Assembly: GCA_040399505.1 (NCBI GenBank)
Contig: JBBARZ010000002.1
Coordinates: forward strand, 18,219 to 82,218
Direction: 5' to 3'
Origin: Cyanobium sp.
Lineage (GTDB): Bacteria; Cyanobacteriota; Cyanobacteriia; PCC-6307; Cyanobiaceae
DNA length: 64,000 nucleotides
In this document: in pieces, positions 20,216 through 30,930 of the stretch
Layout of the letters: each line of letters begins with the position of its first letter
How positions within the stretch are numbered: position 1 is the stretch's first letter
Program-made: the position numbers and the translations under genes
Notes under the pieces: model-generated
What the model was told of the DNA's origin: nothing
Database searches by the model: none
What the model saw: the letters and a program-made list of their open reading frames with translations, nothing else

Positions 20216-21982
20216 CTAGAGGGGATTCAGTCCCACTGGCAGCTTATGGCTGCGCGTTCCACGGTGAACAACACCTTGGTGGATCTCGAGGGTCACGATT
20301 TCACCTTGACGGAGATCGTTGGTGGCATTGGCCACTCCGACGATGACAGGGATTCCAAGTCGCTCAGCAATCACTGCCACGTGGCTATGGCGTCCTTCCA
20401 TTTCGGCAATGATTCCTCGGGCCTTGCGGATGGCCTCCAGATAGGCCGCTGTGGTTTCGCGCACCACAAGGATTTCCCCGTTTTCCACGCGTGCGGCCTC
20501 CTCGGGGGTTTGGGCCAAGCGGACTTTTCCACTGACGGAACCACTGCCAATCCCCGTGCCACGTCCTAGAACTGCTGAAACGATCCCCACCTTCACCAGA
20601 TCGGTGGATCCGCTGACCCCCTCAAGGGTGCCGGCGGTCTGAACGACCAAATCTCCCTCTTTCAAAAGGTTCTTCTGCTGGGCCACTCCCATGGCCAGGC
20701 TGAAGGTGCTTTCAGCAGAAGCCTGCTGGGCGATGAGGAGCGGGTTCACTCCCCAGACCAGTTGGAGTTGGCGGGCAACGCACACCTCACTGGTGATCGC
20801 GAGAATGGGGGTGCTGGGTCGAAACTTACTGACGTTGCGTGCTGTGGATCCAGTTTGGGTCAGGGGGAGGATGGCGGAAGCATTCAGCTGCCTGGCAATG
20901 CTGCTCACCGCCTGGCTGATGGCATTGGGGATAGTGGTAGCCATCTGCCCATCCAAAACGCGCTGCGGATAGTCGCGCTCAATTCGTCTGGCAATACGGG
21001 CCATGGTCGCCACCGCCTCGACCGGGTAATCCCCCACGGCCGTCTCATTGGAGAGCATGACCGCATCCGTGCCATCGAGAATGGCATTGGCCACATCACT
21101 CACCTCAGCCCGGGTGGGGCGAGGAGAAGCGGCCATGGAATCCAACATCTGGGTGGCTGTGATGATCGGAATTCCCAAACTATTTGCTTTGCGGATCAAT
21201 TCTTTTTGCAGGAGGGGCACCTCCTCTGCAGGCATCTCAACGCCAAGATCTCCACGGGCCACCATCACACCATCACACAGGGGGAGAATCGAATCGATTG
21301 CTTCAATGGCCTCAAACTTCTCAATCTTGGCAACCACTGGTGTGGAAGCCCCCTGGCCACGAATCAATTCTCGAATTTCAAGAATATCGGAGGGATTCCT
21401 AACAAAACTCAAAGCAATCCAATCCACACCTTGCTGCAATCCGAACGCCAGGTCTTTTCTGTCTTTGGATGTCAGGGCACGGATGGAAAGTTGAACATCT
21501 GGGAAGTTCACCCCCTTGTTGTTGGAAAGAACTCCTCCAACTGTGACTCTGCATTGCAGCGTCTGGTTCTCCAGATCCACATGCTCGACCACCATCTCCA
21601 CCCGGCCATCATCCAGAAGGATTCGGCTTCCTGTAGGCACCTCTTCCACAAGACGGTCGTAGGTGACCGTGGCGATTTCCTTGTTGCAAGCGACATCCTT
21701 GGAGGTGAGAGCAAAGGGATCTCCCACCCCCAGAGTGATGGGCCCCAGTTCAAATCGACCCAGGCGGATCTTCGGCCCCTGTAGATCCTGAAGGATGCCG
21801 ATATGCACGCCCATTTCATGGGCGACCTGGCGGATGGTCGCGATGCGCTGGGCGTGCTCCCCATGGTCCCCGTGAGAAAAATTCAAGCGGAAGGTGGTCG
21901 CTCCAGCTTCGATGAGAGCGCGGAGCATGGTGGGCGATTCCGTGGCGGGGCCGATCGTGGCCACGATCTTCGTGCGACGCAT
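20216..21982 (-). CDS. pyk: Pyruvate kinase with C-terminal PEP-utilising mobile domain
   Basis: RRTKIVATIGP, RLNFSHG, MVARGDLG, TATQMLDSM, DAVMLSNETA motifs; start moved to ATG 21982. Confidence 0.97.
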   Translation of the reverse strand: MRRTKIVATIGPATESPTMLRALIEAGATTFRLNFSHGDHGEHAQRIATIRQVAHEMGVHIGILQDLQGPKIRLGRFELGPITLGVGDPFALTSKDVACNKEIATVTYDRLVEEVPTGSRILLDDGRVEMVVEHVDLENQTLQCRVTVGGVLSNNKGVNFPDVQLSIRALTSKDRKDLAFGLQQGVDWIALSFVRNPSDILEIRELIRGQGASTPVVAKIEKFEAIEAIDSILPLCDGVMVARGDLGVEMPAEEVPLLQKELIRKANSLGIPIITATQMLDSMAASPRPTRAEVSDVANAILDGTDAVMLSNETAVGDYPVEAVATMARIARRIERDYPQRVLDGQMATTIPNAISQAVSSIARQLNASAILPLTQTGSTARNVSKFRPSTPILAITSEVCVARQLQLVWGVNPLLIAQQASAESTFSLAMGVAQQKNLLKEGDLVVQTAGTLEGVSGSTDLVKVGIVSAVLGRGTGIGSGSVSGKVRLAQTPEEAARVENGEILVVRETTAAYLEAIRKARGIIAEMEGRHSHVAVIAERLGIPVIVGVANATNDLRQGEIVTLEIHQGVVHRGTRSHKLPVGLNPL

Positions 21983-22045
21983 TGGAATGCCCGGGCCTGC
22001 AGATAGCCGGAAACTACCATCCGTGCCACCCACCCCAGGCTCGCC

Positions 22046-22375
22046 ATGGACCTCCAGACTTACCAGGCCCGCGCGGCTCTCACGGCCCTCTATCCAGATG
22101 TGGGCTCCAATCCCATTTACCCCACCCTGGGCCTCTGCGGTGAGGCGGGGGAAGTGGCCGACAAGGTGAAGAAGGTGCTGCGCGACCACGAAGGGCGCTT
22201 CAGCGCGGAGATTCGCGCTGATCTTGCCCTGGAGTTGGGTGACGTGCTCTGGTATCTGGCCCGGTTGGCCAGTGAACTGAATCTCGACCTGGAGGCCGTC
22301 GCGGAGGGAAATCTCGCCAAACTGGCCAGTCGGGCCGCGCGTAACGTGATCTCCGGAAGCGGAGACCAGCGGTGA
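22046..22375 (+). CDS. MazG-like nucleotide pyrophosphohydrolase
   Basis: LGLCGEAGEV..KVKK..R, ELGDVLWY, N..KL..R motifs. Confidence 0.88.
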   Translation: MDLQTYQARAALTALYPDVGSNPIYPTLGLCGEAGEVADKVKKVLRDHEGRFSAEIRADLALELGDVLWYLARLASELNLDLEAVAEGNLAKLASRAARNVISGSGDQR

Positions 22376-22857
22376 ATAGTCAGCGGCCCCTACGGCTGAC
22401 GGCCAATCTTCTTGCGGTTCTGGCCCTGCTCCTGACCATGCTGGGCTCTCCTGTGCCCAGCTTCGCAGCCAACCTCAAGGTGGAGGGGATCCAGTTAGCG
22501 CCCTGCCCTGCCGGCGATGCGGGCAACCAGCCACGCCGCTCAGTGGAAGCCAGCTGCTACGCCCTGCGCGGAGAGGTAATCAATCCCACGAAGCACACGG
22601 TGGTGGACACGGATCTGTTTGCCATGATTCTGGACAACAGCGGTGAACCCGTGTTGCCCAACCGCACCCGAGTGGGCAGCATTGGGGATGTGCCGCCTGG
22701 CCGATCGCCGTTCGCCCTCAGAATCGCCGTGCCGGCAGGCACGCCAGGCCCCTTCCGCGTGGGACTGGTGAAAGCACGTGGATTCAATTCTCCCGTGCGC
22801 ACCCGAGCTGGGGAAGGTGATGAACAGTTGCCTTTGGAACAAGACCTGAGCAGCTGA
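22372..22857 (+). CDS. Secreted hypothetical protein (beta-rich, two Cys)
   Basis: Signal peptide (..PSFA); GTGA overlap with the upstream stop; C...CY..G.V.N...D..GEPV..NRTRVGSI motif. Confidence 0.7.
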   Translation: MNSQRPLRLTANLLAVLALLLTMLGSPVPSFAANLKVEGIQLAPCPAGDAGNQPRRSVEASCYALRGEVINPTKHTVVDTDLFAMILDNSGEPVLPNRTRVGSIGDVPPGRSPFALRIAVPAGTPGPFRVGLVKARGFNSPVRTRAGEGDEQLPLEQDLSS

Positions 22858-22860
22858 AGT

Positions 22861-23154
22861 TCAAAGACCCGGGGCAGCAGACGCGAGAAGCACCACACTC
22901 TGTTCCAGGAGGGTTTGCACCAGCTGTAAGGAGAGGAAGGCCACGATGGCCGAGAGATCCAGTCCTCCAATGGGGGGGATGAAGCCGCGAAACAGATTGA
23001 GAAAGGGATCGGTGATCGAGGAGATGGCCGAAAGTATCGGGTTGCTCCAGTCCAGGTTTGGAAACCAGCTCAGAAGAACGCGCACAATCAACACCAGGGT
23101 GTAGATCTGCAGGGTCTGGCTCAACACTTCAACAATCTGCGCCAGGGCAGCCAT
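22861..23154 (-). CDS. YggT/Ycf19 family membrane protein
   Basis: RVLLSWFPN......TDPFLNLFR..IPP.GGLDLS motif. Confidence 0.92.
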   Translation of the reverse strand: MAALAQIVEVLSQTLQIYTLVLIVRVLLSWFPNLDWSNPILSAISSITDPFLNLFRGFIPPIGGLDLSAIVAFLSLQLVQTLLEQSVVLLASAAPGL

Positions 23155-23189
23155 AAGACATCCGTAGAGAACCCTCAGTGTATGGAACC

Positions 23190-23810
23190 CTAGGCAGCGG
23201 TGCTCTCATCTTCTGCTGGCGGACTCTGGTGGCGGGCTTCGGAGCGTTGGTCCAGGGCAAAGGTGCGATGGAACTTCTCGCTGAGAGTCAACCAATAGGA
23301 ACGCCCATCGCTTTGGCGCTTGCGCTCGATGAAGTTTTGGGCCAGCAGCTCCTTAATGTGGTCATAGGCCCCCGACCCACGCAGTTCCACCAAATCGGAT
23401 TGGAGAATTCGTTTTTTAAGGGCAATGGTAGCCAGTGTGCGCAAGGCTGCCGTGGACAGATTCACCGGAAGCAAGACCTGCACCAGGTCATTGAGGCCCT
23501 GGCGCAGTTGCAGGCTGTAGGTCTGCCCATCCTGATAAATTTCGAGAGCTGTATCACGATGGGCATAATCAGCCATCAACGTGATTAGGGCTAATTCCGC
23601 CTCTTCAGGGCCTAACCCTGACAGGCTCGCCAGCTCCGCAAGGCTCACCGGTCTGCCTTTGAGATAAAGGATGGCTTCCAATCTTGCTGACTGGGAGAGC
23701 GCACTCATCACCATTGCCACGGCGTTCTCCGTGGCACCCGGGGGTGTTGTTTCCGTGTCCGTTTCCAATTGGGCTATCTCTGCGGAGATCGGCTGTTTAG
23801 CTTCAAACAT
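23190..23810 (-). CDS. scpB: SMC-Scp complex subunit ScpB
   Basis: LEAILY, LS.AALRTLA.IA, RG...YDHIKEL motifs; start approximate. Confidence 0.9.
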   Translation of the reverse strand: MFEAKQPISAEIAQLETDTETTPPGATENAVAMVMSALSQSARLEAILYLKGRPVSLAELASLSGLGPEEAELALITLMADYAHRDTALEIYQDGQTYSLQLRQGLNDLVQVLLPVNLSTAALRTLATIALKKRILQSDLVELRGSGAYDHIKELLAQNFIERKRQSDGRSYWLTLSEKFHRTFALDQRSEARHQSPPAEDESTAA

Positions 23811-25428
23811 GGTCTTGAGGGGTAAACGTTTCCAAGGAGTAGGAGCTGCTCTCACCCAAGAAGAGTTTGTAAGCAGGATTATCTGTCTCTTGCCAATGCC
23901 GGTAGGGAAGCGAGCCGAGAAATTCTTGCCACTCGCTCATTTCATCGAGAGGAACCTGGACTCCAACAACGATTCTTCCCACATCTGCGCCATGGTTGCG
24001 GTAATGAAAAATGCTGATGTTCCAGTTTGGATGTAAAGCACTCACGAAGGCCATGAGAGCACCCGGACGCTCAGGAAACTCGAAGCGATAAAGGAGTTCA
24101 TTTGCCTCCCCATAAGCCTGAGCTGAGCGCCTTGGTAAACGCCCTCCAACCATATGGCAGAGATGAAGTTTGGCAAGCTCGTTGTCCGTTAGGTCTAGAC
24201 AGGGAAAGCCTTCGGATTCAAGGGCAGTCGTAAGTTGCAGCGTGTCGCGCCGATCGCTGATCTGAACGCCCACAAAGATATGGGCCACCTTGGGGTCTGC
24301 CAGGCGATAGCTGAACTCCGTCAGACTGCGCTGGCCCAACAAGGTGCAGAAATGGCGCAGACTTCCTGGCCGTTCAGGGATTTCCACAGCCAGCAGGGCC
24401 TCCCGAGCTTCCCCCAATTCGGCCCTCTCAGCTACAAAAGCCAGGCGATCGAAATTCATGTTGGCTCCGCAGGCCACAGCCACCAGAACACGGTTGCGGA
24501 GAGAGCGGGAGTCCACATCAGCCTTGAGGCCGGCGATGGCCAGGGCCCCAGCAGGCTCCAGGATCGAGCGGGTGTCTTCAAACACATCCTTGATGGCCGC
24601 ACAGATCGCATCGGTGTCCACCGTCACCATGCGGTCTACGTAGCGTTGGGCTAAATCAAAGGTGTGGACCCCCACTTGCCGCACAGCCACCCCATCGGCA
24701 AACAATCCCACCGTCTCCAGCCTGACCCGCTCCCCCTGAGCCAGAGAACGGGTCATGGCATCCGCATCCACGGGCTCCACACCGATGATCTCCACTTGGG
24801 GCCAAAGGCTCTTGACATAAGAGGCGATTCCCGCAATCAGCCCACCGCCCCCCACGGCCACGTAGATGGCATCGGGCGGGGTGGACATCTGCCTGAGAAT
24901 TTCCATGGCGATGGTCCCTTGGCCAGCGATGACATCGGGATCATCAAACGGATGGACAAAGCACAGCTTGCAGGCTTCCTCAAGACGCCTTGCTTCGGTA
25001 TAGGCCTCGTCGTAAGTATCCCCATGGAGCACCACCTCGGCTCCGCGGGCCGCCACCGAGCGGACTTTCACCTTGGGAGTGGTGACAGGCATCACGATCA
25101 CGGCCCGGCAGCCGAGCTTCTGGGCCGCAAGGGCAACCCCCTGGGCATGGTTGCCCGCACTCGCCGCAATCACTCCCCGTTCCAGCTCCCGCGGAGGGAG
25201 GCCCACCATTTTGTTGTAGGCCCCACGTAGCTTGAAACTGAACACCGGCTGGAGATCCTCCCGCTTGAGAAAAACGTGGTTGTGCAGCCGTTCAGAAAGG
25301 TTTGGGGCGGAATCCAGGGGGGATTCGATCGCCACGTCGTACACCCGGGCCCGCAAAATGTGCTGTAGGTAGGGACTAGGCTCTGGAACCTGGCCTGGAG
25401 CCGCGATGACGGGAGGCATCTGGGTCAT
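23803..25428 (-). CDS. ilvA: Threonine ammonia-lyase, biosynthetic
   Basis: [29 protein letters not shown] motifs; ACT-like regulatory domains ([17 protein letters not shown]). Confidence 0.97.
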   Translation of the reverse strand: MTQMPPVIAAPGQVPEPSPYLQHILRARVYDVAIESPLDSAPNLSERLHNHVFLKREDLQPVFSFKLRGAYNKMVGLPPRELERGVIAASAGNHAQGVALAAQKLGCRAVIVMPVTTPKVKVRSVAARGAEVVLHGDTYDEAYTEARRLEEACKLCFVHPFDDPDVIAGQGTIAMEILRQMSTPPDAIYVAVGGGGLIAGIASYVKSLWPQVEIIGVEPVDADAMTRSLAQGERVRLETVGLFADGVAVRQVGVHTFDLAQRYVDRMVTVDTDAICAAIKDVFEDTRSILEPAGALAIAGLKADVDSRSLRNRVLVAVACGANMNFDRLAFVAERAELGEAREALLAVEIPERPGSLRHFCTLLGQRSLTEFSYRLADPKVAHIFVGVQISDRRDTLQLTTALESEGFPCLDLTDNELAKLHLCHMVGGRLPRRSAQAYGEANELLYRFEFPERPGALMAFVSALHPNWNISIFHYRNHGADVGRIVVGVQVPLDEMSEWQEFLGSLPYRHWQETDNPAYKLFLGESSSYSLETFTPQDHV

Positions 25429-25509
25429 CGCCTAAGTCTGGCAGGCAGGGAAAAAACGTCGCGATATTGGCTGCTCTTCGATGGGGGAGTCCTAGATTGC
25501 GGGTCGATC

Positions 25510-27465
25510 GTGAGTTTGCGGATGCATCTAAGCGAGCTGAACCATCCCAATCAGCTTCACGGTCTCACCACCGCTGAACTGGAAGCCATCGCACGCCAAA
25601 TCCGCGAGCGGCATCTCGAGGTGGTTTCTGCCACGGGAGGACACCTCGGTCCCGGTCTGGGGGTGGTGGAGCTAACCCTTGCTCTGTATCAGACCCTTGA
25701 TCTGGATGAGGATCGGGTGGTGTGGGATGTGGGGCATCAGGCCTACCCCCACAAGATGATCACCGGCCGCTACCGGGATTTCCCCACGTTGCGACAGCAA
25801 AAGGGCATAGCTGGCTATTTAAAAAGGTGCGAAAACCGATTTGATCACTTTGGCGCTGGCCACGCCTCTACCAGCATCTCGGCGGCGTTGGGGATGGCAC
25901 TGGCCCGGGATCGCAGGGGGGAATCCTTCAAATGCGTGGCCGTCATCGGCGACGGTGCCCTTACGGGCGGAATGGCGCTGGAGGCCATCAACCACGCAGG
26001 GCACCTCCCCAAAACCAAGCTGTTGGTGGTGCTGAACGATAACGACATGTCGATCTCTCCACCGGTGGGAGCGCTCTCCACCCATCTCAACAGGATGCGG
26101 CTGAGCAAACCGGTGCAGTTCCTCTCCGACAATGCGGAGGAAGCCATCAGGAATCTCCCCTTTTTGCACGGGGAGTTGCCCCCCGAGCTGAAGAACCTCA
26201 AAGGGGGCATGCGTCGGCTCGCCGTGCCCAAGGTTGGTGCGGTGTTTGAGGAGCTGGGCTTCACCTACATGGGCCCGATCGATGGGCATGACATCGCCTC
26301 CATGGTGCGCACTTTTCAAGACGCCCATCGCTGCGAAGGACCCGTGCTTGTGCATGTGGCCACTACCAAGGGCAAGGGGTACCCCTACGCCGAGGCCGAC
26401 CAGGTGGGGTATCACGCCCAATCCGCCTTTGATTTGCGCACGGGCAAGGCATACCCCTCTAGCAAACCCAAACCCCCCAGCTACAGCAAGGTGTTTGGAC
26501 AGACCCTGGTGAAGATCTGCGAACAAAACCCCCGGGTTGTGGGCATCACTGCAGCTATGGCCACCGGCACGGGGCTCGACCTGCTGGAAAAGGCGCTCCC
26601 CAATCAGTACTTCGATGTGGGCATCGCGGAACAACACGCGGTGACCATGGCAGCGGGGATGGCCTGCGAAGGACTGCGTCCGGTGGTGGCGATTTACAGC
26701 ACCTTCTTGCAGCGTGCCTACGACCAGCTCATTCACGACGTGGGGATTCAAAAACTCCCGGTCACCTTCGTGCTCGATCGGGCTGGGATTGTGGGGGCTG
26801 ATGGTCCCACCCATCAGGGGCAGTACGACATCAGCTACCTACGAGCCGTGCCTAATTTCACTGTGATGGCCCCCAAAGATGAGGCAGAACTCCAGCGGAT
26901 GCTAGTCACCGCTCTAGCCCATGATGGTCCTTGTGCCATTCGCTTTCCCCGCGGGGAGGGAGAAGGTGTTCCTCTCATGGAGGAGGGCTGGGTTCCCTTG
27001 CAGATGGGCCGAGCCGAACAGCTCACCGATGGGGATGATCTACTGATCGTTGCCTATGGATCCATGGTGGCGCCGGCGATGGCGACGGCTGGACTGCTTC
27101 AGGAGAAAGGGGTGCGCGCCACGGTGGTGAATGCCCGCTTCCTCCGCCCCCTGGACGAAACCCTCTTATTTCCCCTGGCGCAACGCATCACCAAGGTGGT
27201 GACCATGGAGGAGGGAGCCCTTCCGGGTGGATTTGGCGCAGCCCTGGTGGAAGCTCTCAGCGACAAGGGAATCCAAGCCTCCGTTTTCCGGATTGGAATC
27301 CCCGACGTGCTGGTGGATCATGCCACCCCTGAACAGAGCAAAGAGGCCCTTGGGCTGACGCCTTCTCAGATGGCCGAAAAGATTCTTGGCCATTTCGGCA
27401 GCCGACTCGGACAAGTGGTTCCTGATGCCACACCTCCCTCTTCCCAACCTGTAATCGTGGGATGA
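25510..27465 (+). CDS. dxs: 1-deoxy-D-xylulose-5-phosphate synthase
   Basis: [48 protein letters not shown] motifs. Confidence 0.97.
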   Translation: MSLRMHLSELNHPNQLHGLTTAELEAIARQIRERHLEVVSATGGHLGPGLGVVELTLALYQTLDLDEDRVVWDVGHQAYPHKMITGRYRDFPTLRQQKGIAGYLKRCENRFDHFGAGHASTSISAALGMALARDRRGESFKCVAVIGDGALTGGMALEAINHAGHLPKTKLLVVLNDNDMSISPPVGALSTHLNRMRLSKPVQFLSDNAEEAIRNLPFLHGELPPELKNLKGGMRRLAVPKVGAVFEELGFTYMGPIDGHDIASMVRTFQDAHRCEGPVLVHVATTKGKGYPYAEADQVGYHAQSAFDLRTGKAYPSSKPKPPSYSKVFGQTLVKICEQNPRVVGITAAMATGTGLDLLEKALPNQYFDVGIAEQHAVTMAAGMACEGLRPVVAIYSTFLQRAYDQLIHDVGIQKLPVTFVLDRAGIVGADGPTHQGQYDISYLRAVPNFTVMAPKDEAELQRMLVTALAHDGPCAIRFPRGEGEGVPLMEEGWVPLQMGRAEQLTDGDDLLIVAYGSMVAPAMATAGLLQEKGVRATVVNARFLRPLDETLLFPLAQRITKVVTMEEGALPGGFGAALVEALSDKGIQASVFRIGIPDVLVDHATPEQSKEALGLTPSQMAEKILGHFGSRLGQVVPDATPPSSQPVIVG

Positions 27466-27496
27466 GCCTGGAGCTTCACCCCAGGCTCCCCTGGGT

Positions 27497-27754
27497 TCAG
27501 AGAACTCCCCGGGCTGCTAATCCCTGAATGGCTCCCATGCCAAGGATGTGACCCAGGCTTATGGTGCCCAGCATTGCCCCATGGCTCAACCCCCCGAAGA
27601 GTGAGGAGCTGGGGAGCTGCAAACCCACATTGGGTTGCTTGATGGTGGCTTTGCCGATGGCAATGGCGATCACATTCGCCACGATCATCACCAAACCAAC
27701 TTTTGGAGACCAGGACACGGTGGCTGGGGCCAGGGCCAGGATCGGAAGAAGCAT
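27497..27754 (-). CDS. psaK: Photosystem I subunit PsaK
   Basis: WSPKVG.VMI..NV.AI.IG...SLGHILG.GAI.GL...G motif. Confidence 0.93.
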   Translation of the reverse strand: MLLPILALAPATVSWSPKVGLVMIVANVIAIAIGKATIKQPNVGLQLPSSSLFGGLSHGAMLGTISLGHILGMGAIQGLAARGVL

Positions 27755-27842
27755 GATGACGATGCAGTCGACCCATCTTCCGAGCTCCAGGGAGCCCCAT
27801 GGGCAGGCCGTAAGACTTTTTCATTGAACTTGGGCCCAGCCC

Positions 27843-29006
27843 TCAATCGCTGATCCTGCTTTTCGCCGGGGGGCGGAGGGCCTCTTGCCTCAATTGGGTC
27901 ACCTCACCGGAGCGCTTCAGCCGGCTGATGGCCAGATCAATCTGCATGGCCGTGCTTTCTGGCAGGAGGGGAGAGTAGGCAAAGCCCTGGGACTCGGGAC
28001 GCAACCCGCGCAGCACCAAGGTAGGTGTGGTTCTGGAGCGAGGGTGGCGGGTGATCCCGTAGGACAGCTGCAGTTCATCTGCCAGAACGGCCTCCGCCCT
28101 GCCTTGCTCCACAAGGGAAATGGCCTGATCCACCCTCGACATATCCACCACTTGGATGGGCAGGGATGTTGGACGCTGATTCAGCTCCTCTAGCAGGCTT
28201 GCACTGATGCTCCCCGGCCGCACAGCAACCCGGCGACCCCGCAAATCCTCCAGACTCTTTAAGGATTCAGCGGATCGCCGGCGGGTTTCCTCCACCACGT
28301 GCACGGTGAGATAGCCCACCAGGAGAGAGGCGGAAACGATCCGAACCAGATAGGCCAGCAAAACCAACCCATGCCCCCGGGTGGTCTCCACGAGGGTGTT
28401 GCTCCCTGGACCGGTGGCCAGGATCTGGAACACCCTGGCGAAGCTACGCAAGGATCCCATCCTCTTGGTGTCGGAGGAAGAGGAATGAGCTTCCACGCGC
28501 CAGGTGAGCAGGCTCAGAAGCCCGATCGAGAGGAGAAACCCTCCCAACAAAAGAAGTAGGGCCGGCCCCAGCAGACTTCGGATGAAGGCCTTCCCTAGAT
28601 CCAAAGGGCTCTGAAGCGCAAGCACAGCCAGACCGTCCTCCTGGAACGGCAGGGAAAACGCTGTGCTAGCAATTCGATCAGGAGAGAGATTGATGCAGCC
28701 CACAGCCACATCCACCTTGTTCTCTCGGGTGGCCTGAAGGAGGGAGCGAATGGTGGGCCAGTTCTCAAGGATGAAAGGCAGTTTCTCCTCCGTCGCCACC
28801 CGATTCCAAAGATCCACCGCCAACCCTTTCCAGACACCGTCTTCGCGAAAGGTGCAGGGATGGGCCCCATCAACCACCCCCACGCGCAACACACGGTTCT
28901 CTGTCTGGGGCCAGGCTGCAGGGCCGGTGAGGCCGATCAAGAGCAGGGTTGCGGAAGTGCCGATCCAAGTGGACAAAGGATGGATCCAAAACCGACAGGA
29001 CACCAT
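27843..29006 (-). CDS. Substrate-binding-domain / ion-channel fusion (GluR0-like ligand-gated channel architecture)
   Basis: Signal peptide, SBP_bac_3-like S1 (DVAVGCINLSPDR...FSLPF), TM1, pore-like segment, TM2, S2 (SLEDLRGRRVAV..GS). Confidence 0.75.
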   Translation of the reverse strand: MVSCRFWIHPLSTWIGTSATLLLIGLTGPAAWPQTENRVLRVGVVDGAHPCTFREDGVWKGLAVDLWNRVATEEKLPFILENWPTIRSLLQATRENKVDVAVGCINLSPDRIASTAFSLPFQEDGLAVLALQSPLDLGKAFIRSLLGPALLLLLGGFLLSIGLLSLLTWRVEAHSSSSDTKRMGSLRSFARVFQILATGPGSNTLVETTRGHGLVLLAYLVRIVSASLLVGYLTVHVVEETRRRSAESLKSLEDLRGRRVAVRPGSISASLLEELNQRPTSLPIQVVDMSRVDQAISLVEQGRAEAVLADELQLSYGITRHPRSRTTPTLVLRGLRPESQGFAYSPLLPESTAMQIDLAISRLKRSGEVTQLRQEALRPPAKSRISD

Positions 29007-29007
29007 T

Positions 29008-29346
29008 TCACTGGTCTCCCTTGCGGGTGAGAAATCCCATCAGCACAAGCAAATTACTGATGGTGAGAAAGGCTTCTGCCCCTCCGTGGAGCCCATCAAC
29101 ATTGGCAAGCAGCTCTCCATACCGTTGTTTGGCCACGATGGAGGCAGCAATGGTGACGGCGACAAACAGCAAGGTGAGCTGAAAGCCCACCAAAGAAAGG
29201 CGAGGGAAGGCCCGGATGCGGGAGGCCCAATAGAGGAAGGCCAAATAGGGCACCAAGGAAAGCACAAACAGAGGCCCGGGGTCCCATCCGGCCAAGCCGG
29301 CGAGGGGAATCCCTTGCTGAGTTGGGAGAGGAAGGGCTAGGTCCAT
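29008..29346 (-). CDS. DUF3593 domain membrane protein
   Basis: LFVLSL.PYL.FLY, GF..TLLFV..TI.A, LANVD.LHG.AE.FLT.SN motifs. Confidence 0.85.
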   Translation of the reverse strand: MDLALPLPTQQGIPLAGLAGWDPGPLFVLSLVPYLAFLYWASRIRAFPRLSLVGFQLTLLFVAVTIAASIVAKQRYGELLANVDGLHGGAEAFLTISNLLVLMGFLTRKGDQ

Positions 29347-29672
29347 GGACTCTCGGGAGACCGGGCGCGAACATCGGCCCTTTTCTGCTGCTGCAACAAC
29401 CACCAGGTCGCCAGCGCAAGGGCCCCATTCCCCAGAAGCGTGCAGGCCGCCTGCAGCACCACCAGGCCCTGGAGCTCCATGGTGTTGTCAAACACATGCC
29501 AGGTACAGGCGGCCATGGCGCTCACCAAAGCCGGAAGCATGGCCAGGGCCAACCATCGCCAGGCCGGTTCATGGCGATGGCGCCCGTAGGCCTGAACAGC
29601 GAAGATCGCCAGCAACCATTCCAGGACAGATGTGATGTGGATCCACCAAGTGCCAAGTGAGAGGGCATGCAT
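29337..29672 (-). CDS. DUF2499 / Ycf49-like membrane protein
   Basis: MHALSLGTWWIH..SV.EW, AM.ACTWH.FDN, LQA..TL.GN motifs. Confidence 0.88.
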   Translation of the reverse strand: MHALSLGTWWIHITSVLEWLLAIFAVQAYGRHRHEPAWRWLALAMLPALVSAMAACTWHVFDNTMELQGLVVLQAACTLLGNGALALATWWLLQQQKRADVRARSPESPWT

Positions 29673-29752
29673 CGAAGGGGGGCTGACCGTAGTGAGCGAT
29701 GGGGCAATTCAAGCAAGTCAGCCCCTTAACTTCAGACAACGGCACTAGAGCC

Positions 29753-30814
29753 ATGGCAAGGACGCTCAAAAATTGCCGAACCCTGGTCTGCGGGTATTAC
29801 GGCGAACACAACCTTGGCGATGATGCCCTGCTTGAGGTGTTGCTCGGAAGCCTGCCACCAGAGGTCATGCCCCTGGTGACGGCCCATGACCAACCATGGG
29901 TTCAGCATCGGTTCGGGGTAGCCACCTGCAACCGCAGACGCCTCAGGGAGGTCATGGGGGCGCTCCGTTCTTGCAACGCCCTAGTGCTGGGGGGGGGGAG
30001 CCTGCTGCAGGACGCCACGAGCTTCAAGAGCCTTGTCTATTACTGTTTGCTGATGCTGGCAGCACGGCTGCAGGGAAAACCTGTGCTGCTTTGGGGCCAG
30101 GGACTGGGTCCCCTGCGTCGGCCGATCAGCAGAGTGTTAGTCAGGGGGGCCCTGCCCCTGGCCAGTGCCATCAGCTGGCGGGATGAGGCCTCCGGCCAGC
30201 TGGCCAAGCGCCTAGGCAACCAACACCATGTCGTCGGCAGCGACCCCGTCTGGGCTTACCCCCAACGGCCCTGGATGGGAGCCAAGGGCCCCATCGTGCT
30301 GTGTTGGCGCCCGTTGAAGGCTCTGGAACCCCACGGTTGGCGTCCCTATCTGGAAGCCCTAGCCCTCTTGGTGGAGCGCTCCGAACGAGAGCTGGTGTGG
30401 CTTCCCTTTCACCAGATGCAGGATCGGGGCTTGCTCCAGCACCTGAAGCAGGTCTGCCCGGTGCCGCAGCTCCTTTTGGATAGGAGCCGGGAGGTGGTGG
30501 TAACAGACCCTGGCGAAGCCATGACTCTGTTTTCAAGAGCGGGGTTGGTGGTCGCCATGCGCCTGCATGGGCTGATTCTGGCGGCCTTGGCTGGGAGCCC
30601 GGTTGCCGCCATGAGTTACGACCCCAAAGTGGCGGCCGTAGCCCGTTCCCTTGGGTGTCCCTTGCAGGATCTGGAGGCCTCACCGCACCAGCGACTCACG
30701 GATGAGTGGCTGCACCAGCTCGATCAGGCTCCAGCAGCAGCTCCCATCCAAGCCCTACGCCAGAACACCGCTGTGCATGGCTTCATGCTGCAAATGTTGA
30801 GTCCAGGGGTGTAG
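29753..30814 (+). CDS. csaB: Polysaccharide pyruvyl transferase CsaB
   Basis: GYYGEHNLGDDA, GGGSLLQD.TS, QGLGP, MRLHGLI, SYDPKV motifs; start approximate. Confidence 0.92.
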   Translation: MARTLKNCRTLVCGYYGEHNLGDDALLEVLLGSLPPEVMPLVTAHDQPWVQHRFGVATCNRRRLREVMGALRSCNALVLGGGSLLQDATSFKSLVYYCLLMLAARLQGKPVLLWGQGLGPLRRPISRVLVRGALPLASAISWRDEASGQLAKRLGNQHHVVGSDPVWAYPQRPWMGAKGPIVLCWRPLKALEPHGWRPYLEALALLVERSERELVWLPFHQMQDRGLLQHLKQVCPVPQLLLDRSREVVVTDPGEAMTLFSRAGLVVAMRLHGLILAALAGSPVAAMSYDPKVAAVARSLGCPLQDLEASPHQRLTDEWLHQLDQAPAAAPIQALRQNTAVHGFMLQMLSPGV

Positions 30815-30930
30815 AGACCTTCACCATTTTTGCGTTTTATGTCGCAACTGCTGGGAAAGTGCAAACGCAGCTGACGAGGGCAACTCGATGGAAAAAATGA
30901 CTTAATCTTTCCTCAATATGATGAGGTGTT

